A stretch of DNA of 64,000 bases. Origin: a virus. Positions 39,909 to 48,267 of this stretch are shown here, piece by piece. The notes below the pieces were generated by a model. It saw only the letters and a program-made list of their open reading frames with translations, had not been told where the DNA came from and searched no databases. Position numbers and translations under genes: made by a program. The DNA is taken from IMG/VR virus record IMGVR_UViG_3300025168_000067, positions 8,633 to 72,632 of that record. One strand, given 5' to 3'. How positions within the stretch are numbered: position 1 is the first letter of the stretch; every line of letters begins with the position of its first letter.

Positions 39909-40168
39909 GATCAAAAGATGGCTTACGGCCGTGTGCTAGGGTGTGCCGCGAGAAGAATAAGAACTGCACAAAGACGGAATGTAGAATGTGGATAGAGCAT
40001 TCCGCTGACTATAACTGCACACTTGTCGCAGTGTATGAGCATGGGAGGATGACGCTGAGAGAAGTGGCTGAACGAACTGGGGTTTCATTTGCGAGAATAA
40101 AACAAATAGAGTCCGCCGCCCTCAAGAAGCTAAAAAAACGTCTAGACATATCATCTTTGCTCTTTTGA
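39905..40168 (+). CDS. Stand-alone sigma70 region-4-like HTH protein with Cys-rich N-terminus
   Basis: MTLREVAERTGVSFARIKQIESAALKKLK parallels RpoD TLEEVG...VTRERIRQIEAKALRKLR. Confidence 0.75.
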   Translation: MRSKDGLRPCARVCREKNKNCTKTECRMWIEHSADYNCTLVAVYEHGRMTLREVAERTGVSFARIKQIESAALKKLKKRLDISSLLF

Positions 40169-40239
40169 AGGGATTTAACAAAGTTAGATACTATTTACAG
40201 TTGAGTTTAGATTTAAACAACGTCTTAGGAGAAAATAAA

Positions 40240-40890
40240 ATGGCTCGAAAAACACTTTTAACAGAGGGCGAAGTTCGCCAATTTATGAAACTGGCAAACC
40301 TTCCCGCTGTGGGCCAAAACAGGATCTCAGAAATGGGCCTTAACTTAGGTATTAATGAGGAGTTCCCCGGAGAGGAAGAGGAAGAGCTTGACTCGCCCCT
40401 TGGAGGACTTGAGGGTGACGAAATGGGCCCACCGACCGAGGACGAAGTACCACTCGATGACGAGCCCGAAGCCGTCGAGCTAGGAGATGCAGAGATGGAT
40501 GTAGAGGGTTCTGAAGGTTCAGAGGCTGAAGAGATCGTGGCCAGAATCGCTCATGATCTTGAGATGTTAGCCGGCCTAGCCAATGTTGAAGTTGATGTAC
40601 AGGATGATGCCGACTCGGATGTCGACGCGTCAGATGATATGGAAATGGATGCCGAGCCTGCCATGGATGATATGGAGATGGGCATGGAAGACCCTGGCCC
40701 TGACCTGGCGCCCGAAGAAGAGGAAGAAGAGTTCCCCCCCGGCAGCCGCGGCATGTATGAGAACCAAGATGCCATCGTCAATGAGGTCGCACGTAGAGTA
40801 GCAGCCCGTCTCGGAAAAACACAAAAGAAGGAGGCACTAGCTGATCAGCTAGCTGAGCGCATCCTTAAGAGACTTACCAAAACAAAATAA
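40240..40890 (+). CDS. Highly acidic protein, possible prohead core/internal protein
   Basis: SD AGGAG, D/E-rich centre, repeated L/I-x-E motifs, preceded by ACTATTTA. Confidence 0.5.
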   Translation: MARKTLLTEGEVRQFMKLANLPAVGQNRISEMGLNLGINEEFPGEEEEELDSPLGGLEGDEMGPPTEDEVPLDDEPEAVELGDAEMDVEGSEGSEAEEIVARIAHDLEMLAGLANVEVDVQDDADSDVDASDDMEMDAEPAMDDMEMGMEDPGPDLAPEEEEEEFPPGSRGMYENQDAIVNEVARRVAARLGKTQKKEALADQLAERILKRLTKTK

Positions 40891-40891
40891 C

Positions 40892-40920
40892 TTGACACTG
40901 ACACAGAGTTAGGTTATAAT
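40892..40920 (+). promoter_or_regulatory. Consensus sigma70 promoter
   Basis: TTGACA-N17-TATAAT. Confidence 0.8.
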
Positions 40921-40922
40921 AT

Positions 40923-40956
40923 AAGAGCCGCTGGACTACCGGCGGCTCTTCTTTTT
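40923..40956 (+). terminator. Intrinsic terminator-like hairpin
   Basis: AAGAGCCGCTGG-ACTA-CCGGCGGCTCTT followed by CTTTTT. Confidence 0.7.
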
Positions 40957-40966
40957 GGGGCTTTTT

Positions 40967-41368
40967 ATGACATATTGGTGGATGTACATACTAATGTTTG
41001 TGTTTGGGTACATGACCCACAAGACATTCTATTTTATGCGATCAACTCGACTTTCTATTATGTTAGTTAAGATGGCGCACGTGATTTATCTAACTTCGCT
41101 TATAAAATCGATAGAGCATATGACTTATGCCCGCGAATTAGTGTTGGAGAGCCTAATTAAAACTGAGAGGAATGCTACACAAATAAGCATCTTCGAGAAA
41201 AGGTATGGCGAGGACGTTAAACATTTTAAAACAAAGGCGATCAAAACTCTCATCCATGCTCACCCACCATTCTACCTCAACATGCTTGAGTTTGATGACT
41301 GGGCCAGCGCGATGACATACCTGCAGAATAATAAAAAAACAGCACTAGCATTTTGGGAGAGAATTTAA
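40967..41368 (+). CDS. Hypothetical protein with N-terminal hydrophobic segment
   Basis: MTYWWMYILMFVFGY start; co-oriented. Confidence 0.55.
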   Translation: MTYWWMYILMFVFGYMTHKTFYFMRSTRLSIMLVKMAHVIYLTSLIKSIEHMTYARELVLESLIKTERNATQISIFEKRYGEDVKHFKTKAIKTLIHAHPPFYLNMLEFDDWASAMTYLQNNKKTALAFWERI

Positions 41369-41370
41369 TA

Positions 41371-42063
41371 GTGATAAATAAAATCAAAAAGATTATCAAA
41401 ACAATTTTAGCAGAAGAAGAACAACAGAAGCCGCCGGCCCAACCTCCCTCACCAGACGAAGAGGCCGCAGCTGTAGAAGAGCTATTAGGGCAGATGCTTG
41501 TAGTAGGAGGTGGCGCCCCAGCAAAGGCCGAGCCGGACCTACGGCTCATTGGGTTGTTCTGTGAAGTAACTGATGAGAAGATTGCAGAGCTGGTTCATGC
41601 TTTGCTATATCTAAACGAGCAAAACAAATTATTGGAAGAGAAAGAAAGAAAGCCGGTTGAGTTTTATATCTCAACATATGGCGGCAGTGCGGACGATATG
41701 TTCGCCCTATATGATGTGATGAAGATGGTAGAACAGGAGATGGAAATCCACACCATTGGCATGGGTAAAGTAATGTCAGCAGGTGTGCCACTTTTAGCGG
41801 CGGGAACTAAGGGCAAGCGTAAGATAGGAAAGAACTGCCGAGTGATGATCCACTCTGTTATCGCAGGCCAACATGGCGCGCTTCATAACTTGCTGAATGA
41901 GATGGAAGCAATCGAGCAAATACAAAAAATGTACATCAACTGCCTGGTCGAAAACACCAGCATGACTAAAAAGGACGTTAAAAATATGCTAGAACGCAAT
42001 GTTAATGTCTATTTATCAGCAGAAGAAGCTGTAGAATTAGGTATAGCTGACATAATTATCTGA
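41371..42063 (+). CDS. clpP: ClpP-like protease 2
   Basis: YISTYGGS, GKVMSAG, GTKGKR, VMIHS, YLSAEEAVELGIADII. Confidence 0.88.
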   Translation: MINKIKKIIKTILAEEEQQKPPAQPPSPDEEAAAVEELLGQMLVVGGGAPAKAEPDLRLIGLFCEVTDEKIAELVHALLYLNEQNKLLEEKERKPVEFYISTYGGSADDMFALYDVMKMVEQEMEIHTIGMGKVMSAGVPLLAAGTKGKRKIGKNCRVMIHSVIAGQHGALHNLLNEMEAIEQIQKMYINCLVENTSMTKKDVKNMLERNVNVYLSAEEAVELGIADIII

Positions 42064-42073
42064 GGTTTTTAAC

Positions 42074-43774
42074 ATGGACGATTTGAGAAATATATTAAAA
42101 GAAGAGTACAACAAGAAGGCAAATATTGTCGATGTTAAAACATTGATGGAGATGGTGGAAGAGGTGATGGCGCTTCCATTCGCAGTCGCAGGGATGCAGA
42201 TCCACGAAGAACAGGGATCCGCAAAGCCAAAAGTACGCACCTATCATATCTCAGAAATCCCCATGATTCCGATTTCAGAACTGGGGTGGGCAAATGCGGA
42301 TGACGACGCAGAATCTGACGATCCCAACGCTCCACCATCCCAGCGCCAAGGTTTGGAACAATATCTCGCTAAGATTCCTGGTACCGGATTCGAAGACAAA
42401 CTTAATGCTGTCTCAGGCATCATGGAAAAAGGTATCAATTCCATCCCGAGAGACAACCCCAAAGAGTTTATTCAGCAAGCCATGGCATACTTGGTATTTT
42501 ATAAGACACTAACGATGGCAATTACAAACTTTAACGCATCTGCTGCCGGCTTCAACTTTGAAGCATTTCTTGCGGCATTGATGCAAGGAAGGCAAATCCC
42601 CGCCGGCGGCGCCAAGACTATCGCTGATATCACTGCCAACGTAGATGGGGAAAGAATCCCAGTCAGTCTTAAGTTATATACTGACAAGGGGCTTGAAGTC
42701 GGAGGCAGCTTCTTTGACTTGTGTAACGATATGCTCGAACCTAACGCTGAGTGGGCTGCATGGACAGGTACAAACCCCGAATTTGAAGGCGGGGCCATGA
42801 GGTACATAGCATGCACCAAGACTTTAAATGGCGACGGTGTTGAACAAGAGGGCCATATCGATTTTTATCAGTTCGACATCACACGCAAAAATCTATTTGA
42901 ATTGTTGTCCGTAACAGACGCCGGCCGTAAAGCAATATTGTCGAATACGAATTTTATGGCAGCTTTGACTGAATACATGAAAACTGGAGAACAAACCGAC
43001 TCACTTAATTGGGCAGACAATATGCCTGCTCGTAGTGACACCAGTGATTCCGCAGAGATTTCTAGTTTGTGGTCTGATTATCTTTCTAAGACCGATTTGT
43101 CCTCTATGCGAAAAGCAGGAGTCAGCGAGGAGCAAGAGAAAACGATCCTTAACACACTGGTTAAGATGTATATGGACAACATAGAAGCGACCCAAAGCGC
43201 CAATACACTTGCTGCGGACGGCGCCCTCGCCGCGCAGATTGCGTTAGCTCTCAATAGCGATCCTTCTCAGGAGGATAAAATCATGGCTAGAGACATTAGA
43301 AATAAAATTGTTAAACCTCTTTTCGCACAATTTAAGAAAGATGTTATAAGAAGTCGCGATGCTCGCGGTCAGTTTCTCGACAAGTCGGGAGAGTGGGTCA
43401 CGGGCACTCCAGTGGTGGAGTGGTACAATTCTTTAACGCCCGAACTTAAGGCTATGGCAATTAAAAATACCAAAGGATATTTAACTCACTCTCACTGGGT
43501 TTTATCAAGAGGCGCAACAATCAGGCTTGGAGGAGGCTCACCTTTCGCTAAATTAGATATTGGGGCCGCGGCCGTTATGAGGGTGCTAGAATCAGCCCGC
43601 GGCGAACTTATGGATGAAGTATTTGGCATTTTTGATCAGGTATCAGCTATGTCTGATAGTCTTAATGCGTTTTTCGCCAATGGGCTACAGGAACCGCAAC
43701 AAGCTAGCCAAGCTGCTCATTCTGCCGATGCGGTTGGCACCGACACTAGAAAAATTGCCGGCATTGATAAATAA
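42074..43774 (+). CDS. Hypothetical protein with possible PD-(D/E)xK-like core
   Basis: GFNFEAFLA..IADI..PVSLK; N-terminal LxE motifs. Confidence 0.4.
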   Translation: MDDLRNILKEEYNKKANIVDVKTLMEMVEEVMALPFAVAGMQIHEEQGSAKPKVRTYHISEIPMIPISELGWANADDDAESDDPNAPPSQRQGLEQYLAKIPGTGFEDKLNAVSGIMEKGINSIPRDNPKEFIQQAMAYLVFYKTLTMAITNFNASAAGFNFEAFLAALMQGRQIPAGGAKTIADITANVDGERIPVSLKLYTDKGLEVGGSFFDLCNDMLEPNAEWAAWTGTNPEFEGGAMRYIACTKTLNGDGVEQEGHIDFYQFDITRKNLFELLSVTDAGRKAILSNTNFMAALTEYMKTGEQTDSLNWADNMPARSDTSDSAEISSLWSDYLSKTDLSSMRKAGVSEEQEKTILNTLVKMYMDNIEATQSANTLAADGALAAQIALALNSDPSQEDKIMARDIRNKIVKPLFAQFKKDVIRSRDARGQFLDKSGEWVTGTPVVEWYNSLTPELKAMAIKNTKGYLTHSHWVLSRGATIRLGGGSPFAKLDIGAAAVMRVLESARGELMDEVFGIFDQVSAMSDSLNAFFANGLQEPQQASQAAHSADAVGTDTRKIAGIDK

Positions 43775-43777
43775 CAT

Positions 43778-43806
43778 TTGACATTCTCCATACAATCGAT
43801 TATAAT
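43778..43806 (+). promoter_or_regulatory. Consensus sigma70 promoter for groEL
   Basis: TTGACA-N17-TATAAT. Confidence 0.8.
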
Positions 43807-43829
43807 ACTAACATAACTTAGAGGCATTA

Positions 43830-45413
43830 ATGAGTCGAGCATACGACGACAATCAAACATTGCAACAGAAAATTATTACTGGTGCCAACAAACTAGCAGA
43901 CAATGTAGCATCAACGCTGGGGCCGCGCGGAAGAAACGTTCTTTTGCAAGAGAAGGGACAGCAACCTTTTATTACAAAGGACGGCGTTACCGTTGCGGCT
44001 TTCGTCGCTTGCGAGGATCCTTTCGAGAATGCTGCCGTCCAGATAATCAAACAAGCAGCAGTCGAGACAAATAACAGCGCTGGTGATGGAACTACGACCG
44101 CGACTGTGTTAGCCCGGGCAATCTTGCGAGAGTCTCAAAGATTTATCGCATCAGGGGTCTCACCGACTGAACTACAGCGTGGTATTAATTTGGCCGCGAA
44201 AGAGGTGTCACACAACTTGAGAGACGTTGCTACCCCAATCACAAGCCTGGATGACATTGAACACGTGGCAACCATCTCTGCCAACAATGATCGTTCTATT
44301 GGCAAACTAATATCGATAGCGGTAGATCGCGTTGGGCAGGACGGCTCTATTACCATCGAGGAGTCGCGATCCCTTGAAACATCACTTGATGTAACAGAAG
44401 GGTTTAAGTTAAGGGCCGGCTACTGTGCTAACGCATTCATCACAGATGAGCGCCGGTCAATTATGCATCATGATGAACCGTTGATATTAGTGACCGACTA
44501 CAAGATCTCAGCAGTTGAGCAGGTTCTTCCAGTGTTGGAAATGTGTGCTCGCGAAGGTCGCCCATTGGTCATCGTGGCGGAGGATATCGAGGGACAAGCG
44601 TTAGCAGCACTCATCATGAACGCAATGCGCGGCACTCTAAAGATCGCTGGTATTAAAGCGCCCCACTACGGTGAGGAACGAAGGGACACCCTCGATGATT
44701 TGTCAGCCTCGACAGGGGCCACATTCATTACACGAGAATCAGGTATTAAGCTTTCCGATGTGGAAATGAAACACCTGGGTTCCGCGAAGTTCATCGAAAG
44801 CGCCAAGCACCAGACAACTATTGTTGGTGGAAATAGTGATGTTGAAGCAGTCGATATGCGTATTGAAACATTGAAAGCCGCGATAGAACAAACTGAGTCT
44901 TTACAAGAAGCCGACCACATCCAAAACCGCATTGTTCGGTTGGCATCTGGTGTTGCGGTCATTCGCGTCGGAGGTTCGACAGAAGTTGAAATGACCGAGC
45001 GCAAACATCGGGTTGAGGATGCTCTTGAAGCAGTCAAATCAGCCCAAGAAGAAGGTATTGTACCTGGCGGTGGCACTGCTTTGCTGCGAGCGTCAAGAAG
45101 CATTGCAATCGTTACTGGCGATGGCACAAGCGATCAGGGTTTGGGCGCCATAGTGGTGCAGAAAGCATGTGAGGAGCCCATTAGACAAATGGCTCTCAAT
45201 GCCGGTGAGTCTCCGGATCTTATAGTGTCCGAGGTCATGGCCAGCGATCAAGGTTTTGGCTGGAACTTCCGAACAAACGAACTTGTGTGTTTAACGACTG
45301 CCGGCATTATCGACCCAGTGAAAGTTACACGAGTTGCTTTACAAAACGCCGCCAGTTGTGCCGGCACCCTTATCACAACTAATTTTGGTATTATCCAAAC
45401 GGAAGATAAATGA
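43830..45413 (+). CDS. groEL: Chaperonin GroEL
   Basis: TLGPRGRNV, ITKDGVTVA, AGDGTTTATVLA, VEDALEA, EEGIVPGGG, GIIDP; lacks the GGM tail. Confidence 0.97.
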   Translation: MSRAYDDNQTLQQKIITGANKLADNVASTLGPRGRNVLLQEKGQQPFITKDGVTVAAFVACEDPFENAAVQIIKQAAVETNNSAGDGTTTATVLARAILRESQRFIASGVSPTELQRGINLAAKEVSHNLRDVATPITSLDDIEHVATISANNDRSIGKLISIAVDRVGQDGSITIEESRSLETSLDVTEGFKLRAGYCANAFITDERRSIMHHDEPLILVTDYKISAVEQVLPVLEMCAREGRPLVIVAEDIEGQALAALIMNAMRGTLKIAGIKAPHYGEERRDTLDDLSASTGATFITRESGIKLSDVEMKHLGSAKFIESAKHQTTIVGGNSDVEAVDMRIETLKAAIEQTESLQEADHIQNRIVRLASGVAVIRVGGSTEVEMTERKHRVEDALEAVKSAQEEGIVPGGGTALLRASRSIAIVTGDGTSDQGLGAIVVQKACEEPIRQMALNAGESPDLIVSEVMASDQGFGWNFRTNELVCLTTAGIIDPVKVTRVALQNAASCAGTLITTNFGIIQTEDK

Positions 45414-45637
45414 TGCGAGGAGATTTAGTACACATCCCACAAGGGACTCAGCTCTTTGGTTTTGATAGTAAGCTGTTGGATAAAACAGAAAAGCCAATAG
45501 TAGGTGTGTTCATTGAGGATAACACTATCACTGCCGGCTGGCACGGAGGAACGTATACAATTTATGCCCGCGGGCAAGAAACCCTCGTGAAAAAAAGAGA
45601 TGTATATCCAATGGGAGATAATAATGGGGTTAGTTAG
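45410..45637 (+). CDS. Small xRGDLV-type protein
   Basis: MMRGDLVHIP start; SH3-like size. Confidence 0.5.
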   Translation: MMRGDLVHIPQGTQLFGFDSKLLDKTEKPIVGVFIEDNTITAGWHGGTYTIYARGQETLVKKRDVYPMGDNNGVS

Positions 45638-45920
45638 ACTAACAGAAGTATGCTCTAACGGGGCATGTACAACACAACAAGACTATACACTGAAGGAGGT
45701 CTTTATTAATCCTGATCATGTGATTATGATTAGAGAAGAGGCCCGCCTGAAACAATTAAACGAGCAGGGGTTAATTAATACGGCACTAAGTGAGGGTCAC
45801 GAGTTTTCGAAACTTACAATCAATAGGGGCAACACCGGCACAGAAATTGTGGTTGTGGGCGCGCCAAACATAATAGAAACTATGCTAAATAAAAACAACA
45901 AGCAAATACTAAGGGGATAA
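45624..45920 (+). CDS. Hypothetical protein
   Basis: Co-oriented ORF with SD; VFINPDHV motif. Confidence 0.55.
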   Translation: MGLVRLTEVCSNGACTTQQDYTLKEVFINPDHVIMIREEARLKQLNEQGLINTALSEGHEFSKLTINRGNTGTEIVVVGAPNIIETMLNKNNKQILRG

Positions 45921-45921
45921 A

Positions 45922-46353
45922 TTGTTAAAAGAAAGAGTTAATATTCAATATTCAATTGATATGGAAGAGTTACCACATGAAGTTTCTCGACTTCTGAGCA
46001 AGAGCAAGGAGGCAATCAAAAGCGTAATAAACGAACACATGGAAAAATTGTCATTCGCAGATGATTCTGAATTATTATCTATAAAGACTATAGAAATGAT
46101 AGAGGACGCGAGAAGAGCCCTCTCTGCAGCCGACTATATTTTAAATGACACAACAAATATAATCGATGGGTTTGTGAGATACAAGATGGGCGACAAAAAA
46201 GAGCAGCCAACAGTAGAAGAAAAGCTCCCTGATATGCCGCCAGAGTTTCGAAATCCAGAGCTGTTATCAGATGACGTCACGATGGCTGAACTGCGTTCAA
46301 AAATTGAGAACTACAAGGCAACGACGTCGGGCCAGCCACCACCTACCCCATGA
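45922..46353 (+). CDS. Hypothetical protein
   Basis: Co-oriented, tightly packed. Confidence 0.55.
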   Translation: MLKERVNIQYSIDMEELPHEVSRLLSKSKEAIKSVINEHMEKLSFADDSELLSIKTIEMIEDARRALSAADYILNDTTNIIDGFVRYKMGDKKEQPTVEEKLPDMPPEFRNPELLSDDVTMAELRSKIENYKATTSGQPPPTP

Positions 46354-47120
46354 GGTCTCCACTAAGAGACCCTAATAAATTTAAATCTGCGCATGTGGTT
46401 AGGGAGATGACCCCATCCAGTGCAGTGATCTGTAGTTATTTATTTTTTGATGGAGCGATAGAGCTAAGTCTTATAGACAGTGAGAGGTTTGTAGTAGCAC
46501 ACACGAATAATTATACAGTAAGTGAATTTTGGGCATGTGCCAGATTTGATCCACACAGACTATCTCAATTAATAAAACACATCAACAGCAATACAGAAGA
46601 AAAATTAATATATGCAATGCAAGAAAACTGGGCCAAATATAAGGATCCCTTTGTAAGATCTGCAATATTCTATTTATTAAATAGATATTCTGGAACCTCT
46701 CAAATATCAGCCGGCCCTATTGAGTTTGAAAAAGTGAATCCAGTCTCTCTTAATCACATTAAGTCACTTAAAAAAATAAAGAATTTTCATCTAAACAGAA
46801 CAAAAAGTGAAGATTTTTTGTTGGACATCGAACAAAGCTCGTCTGAAATTAATAACGATATGATTCTTATTCCAGTTGGTAATTTTAATTATAACTTGTT
46901 TGATAAGGGAAAATCGACATCGCATGAGGCCACGGCGATTAATCATGGGGATTTGGCGGATGTTTTTCGTTCATTAAAGAAAAAGTCCGTAATGATATAT
47001 AAAAATCATAGGGAATTATACGATCTTTACAAAACCAATAATCTTACCATGGTCGACACACGTGGTAACAAAACCACCGATCATGAACGGTGCGAGGACT
47101 TAATAATTGCCAACTTCTAA
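46350..47120 (+). CDS. Degenerate Dam/D12-family methyltransferase homolog
   Basis: MRSPL.., FFDGAI, SAIFYLLNRYS and terminal EDLIIANF follow the EcoDam layout, but there is no DPPY motif. Confidence 0.5.
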   Translation: MRSPLRDPNKFKSAHVVREMTPSSAVICSYLFFDGAIELSLIDSERFVVAHTNNYTVSEFWACARFDPHRLSQLIKHINSNTEEKLIYAMQENWAKYKDPFVRSAIFYLLNRYSGTSQISAGPIEFEKVNPVSLNHIKSLKKIKNFHLNRTKSEDFLLDIEQSSSEINNDMILIPVGNFNYNLFDKGKSTSHEATAINHGDLADVFRSLKKKSVMIYKNHRELYDLYKTNNLTMVDTRGNKTTDHERCEDLIIANF

Positions 47121-47457
47121 CCTGCTCTTTGCGTGCTCCCTGTTTGCTTTGGGGCAAACAATGGCGTGGTTTCAAATCAACTCACAGTTTGTGTGGGATT
47201 GGTGGCGTGACAAGCCTGTGTTGGCCGTCGCATTGTTTGGTTTTCCGGTTGGGCTATGTTTCTTATATGGTGTAAGAATAGCTTATGAGGAAATGGGACA
47301 GATTTGGGGGCCACGATTTCTCATATTTAGCATGTCCTACCTCACCTTTCCGTTGCTCACTTGGTATTTTATGGATGAATCAATGTTCACAGCCAAAACA
47401 ATGACTTGTGTATTCTTATCATTTATGATTGTGGCAGTTCAATTGTTATGGAAGTGA
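47107..47457 (+). CDS. Small 4-TM membrane protein (SMR/DMT-like)
   Basis: Four hydrophobic helices in 116 aa; WYFMDES..K end. Confidence 0.55.
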   Translation: MPTSNLLFACSLFALGQTMAWFQINSQFVWDWWRDKPVLAVALFGFPVGLCFLYGVRIAYEEMGQIWGPRFLIFSMSYLTFPLLTWYFMDESMFTAKTMTCVFLSFMIVAVQLLWK

Positions 47458-48215
47458 CAACCATATATTTATTTGACGTTGATGGCACGCTAACACCCGC
47501 CAAAACCCGCATCGACTTCAATTTCGCCAATGACTTTCGCGACTGGATCGAAGGTAAAGAAGTTTATATTGTGTCTGGGGGCTCATACGAGCGCATCATT
47601 GACCAGCTTGGCGTTTCTATAGTCGATAAGATGGCAGGGGTGTTCGCTTGTATGGGTAATACGTTCTACCAAAAATATAACAGTGGCAACACTGGCCAAT
47701 ATAGTGAATGGAAACTAATATATGAGAATAAATTTAAGGCGCCCCGGGGCTTTTATAAACAATTAGACAGTATTGTGAAAGAATCTCCCTACGAAAGCAA
47801 GACTCGTCGCCATTACGAAGAGCGCATTGGTATGGTAAATTTCTCTATTGTCGGCAGAGACGCTAGCCCCCCGCAACGGAGAGCATATTCTGACTATGAT
47901 GCGATGGAAAAGGAGCGAGAGCAGATAGTTAAAGCTCTCTCCAAGAAATACAAGAGCTTAGACTTTGTGATCGGAGGGGCTGTAAGCATAGATATCTTTA
48001 ATAAGGGCAATGATAAATCACAGGTTATTGAGAAGTTTTTTAAAGACTCCTTAAAAACCCACAAGATAGCGTTTGTGGGCGATAAGATACCGCGCCCGGG
48101 CAACGACCATGCGATAGCAGAGAAACTCCGCAAGCACCCAAATGGGGGGGCTTATGAGGTAGGTTCCTGGCAAGACACTGCCAAACTACTTAAGACTCCA
48201 CCATTTACTAGTTGA
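47448..48215 (+). CDS. HAD-IIB phosphomannomutase-like protein (eukaryotic PMM type)
   Basis: LFDVDGTLT, VSGG, EERIGMVNFSIVGR, GGAVSIDIF, FVGDK..GNDH. Confidence 0.8.
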   Translation: MEVTTIYLFDVDGTLTPAKTRIDFNFANDFRDWIEGKEVYIVSGGSYERIIDQLGVSIVDKMAGVFACMGNTFYQKYNSGNTGQYSEWKLIYENKFKAPRGFYKQLDSIVKESPYESKTRRHYEERIGMVNFSIVGRDASPPQRRAYSDYDAMEKEREQIVKALSKKYKSLDFVIGGAVSIDIFNKGNDKSQVIEKFFKDSLKTHKIAFVGDKIPRPGNDHAIAEKLRKHPNGGAYEVGSWQDTAKLLKTPPFTS

Positions 48216-48267
48216 TAGTAGAAATAACAACTATTTATAGTGTATTGATACACTAAGAGGAAAAATA

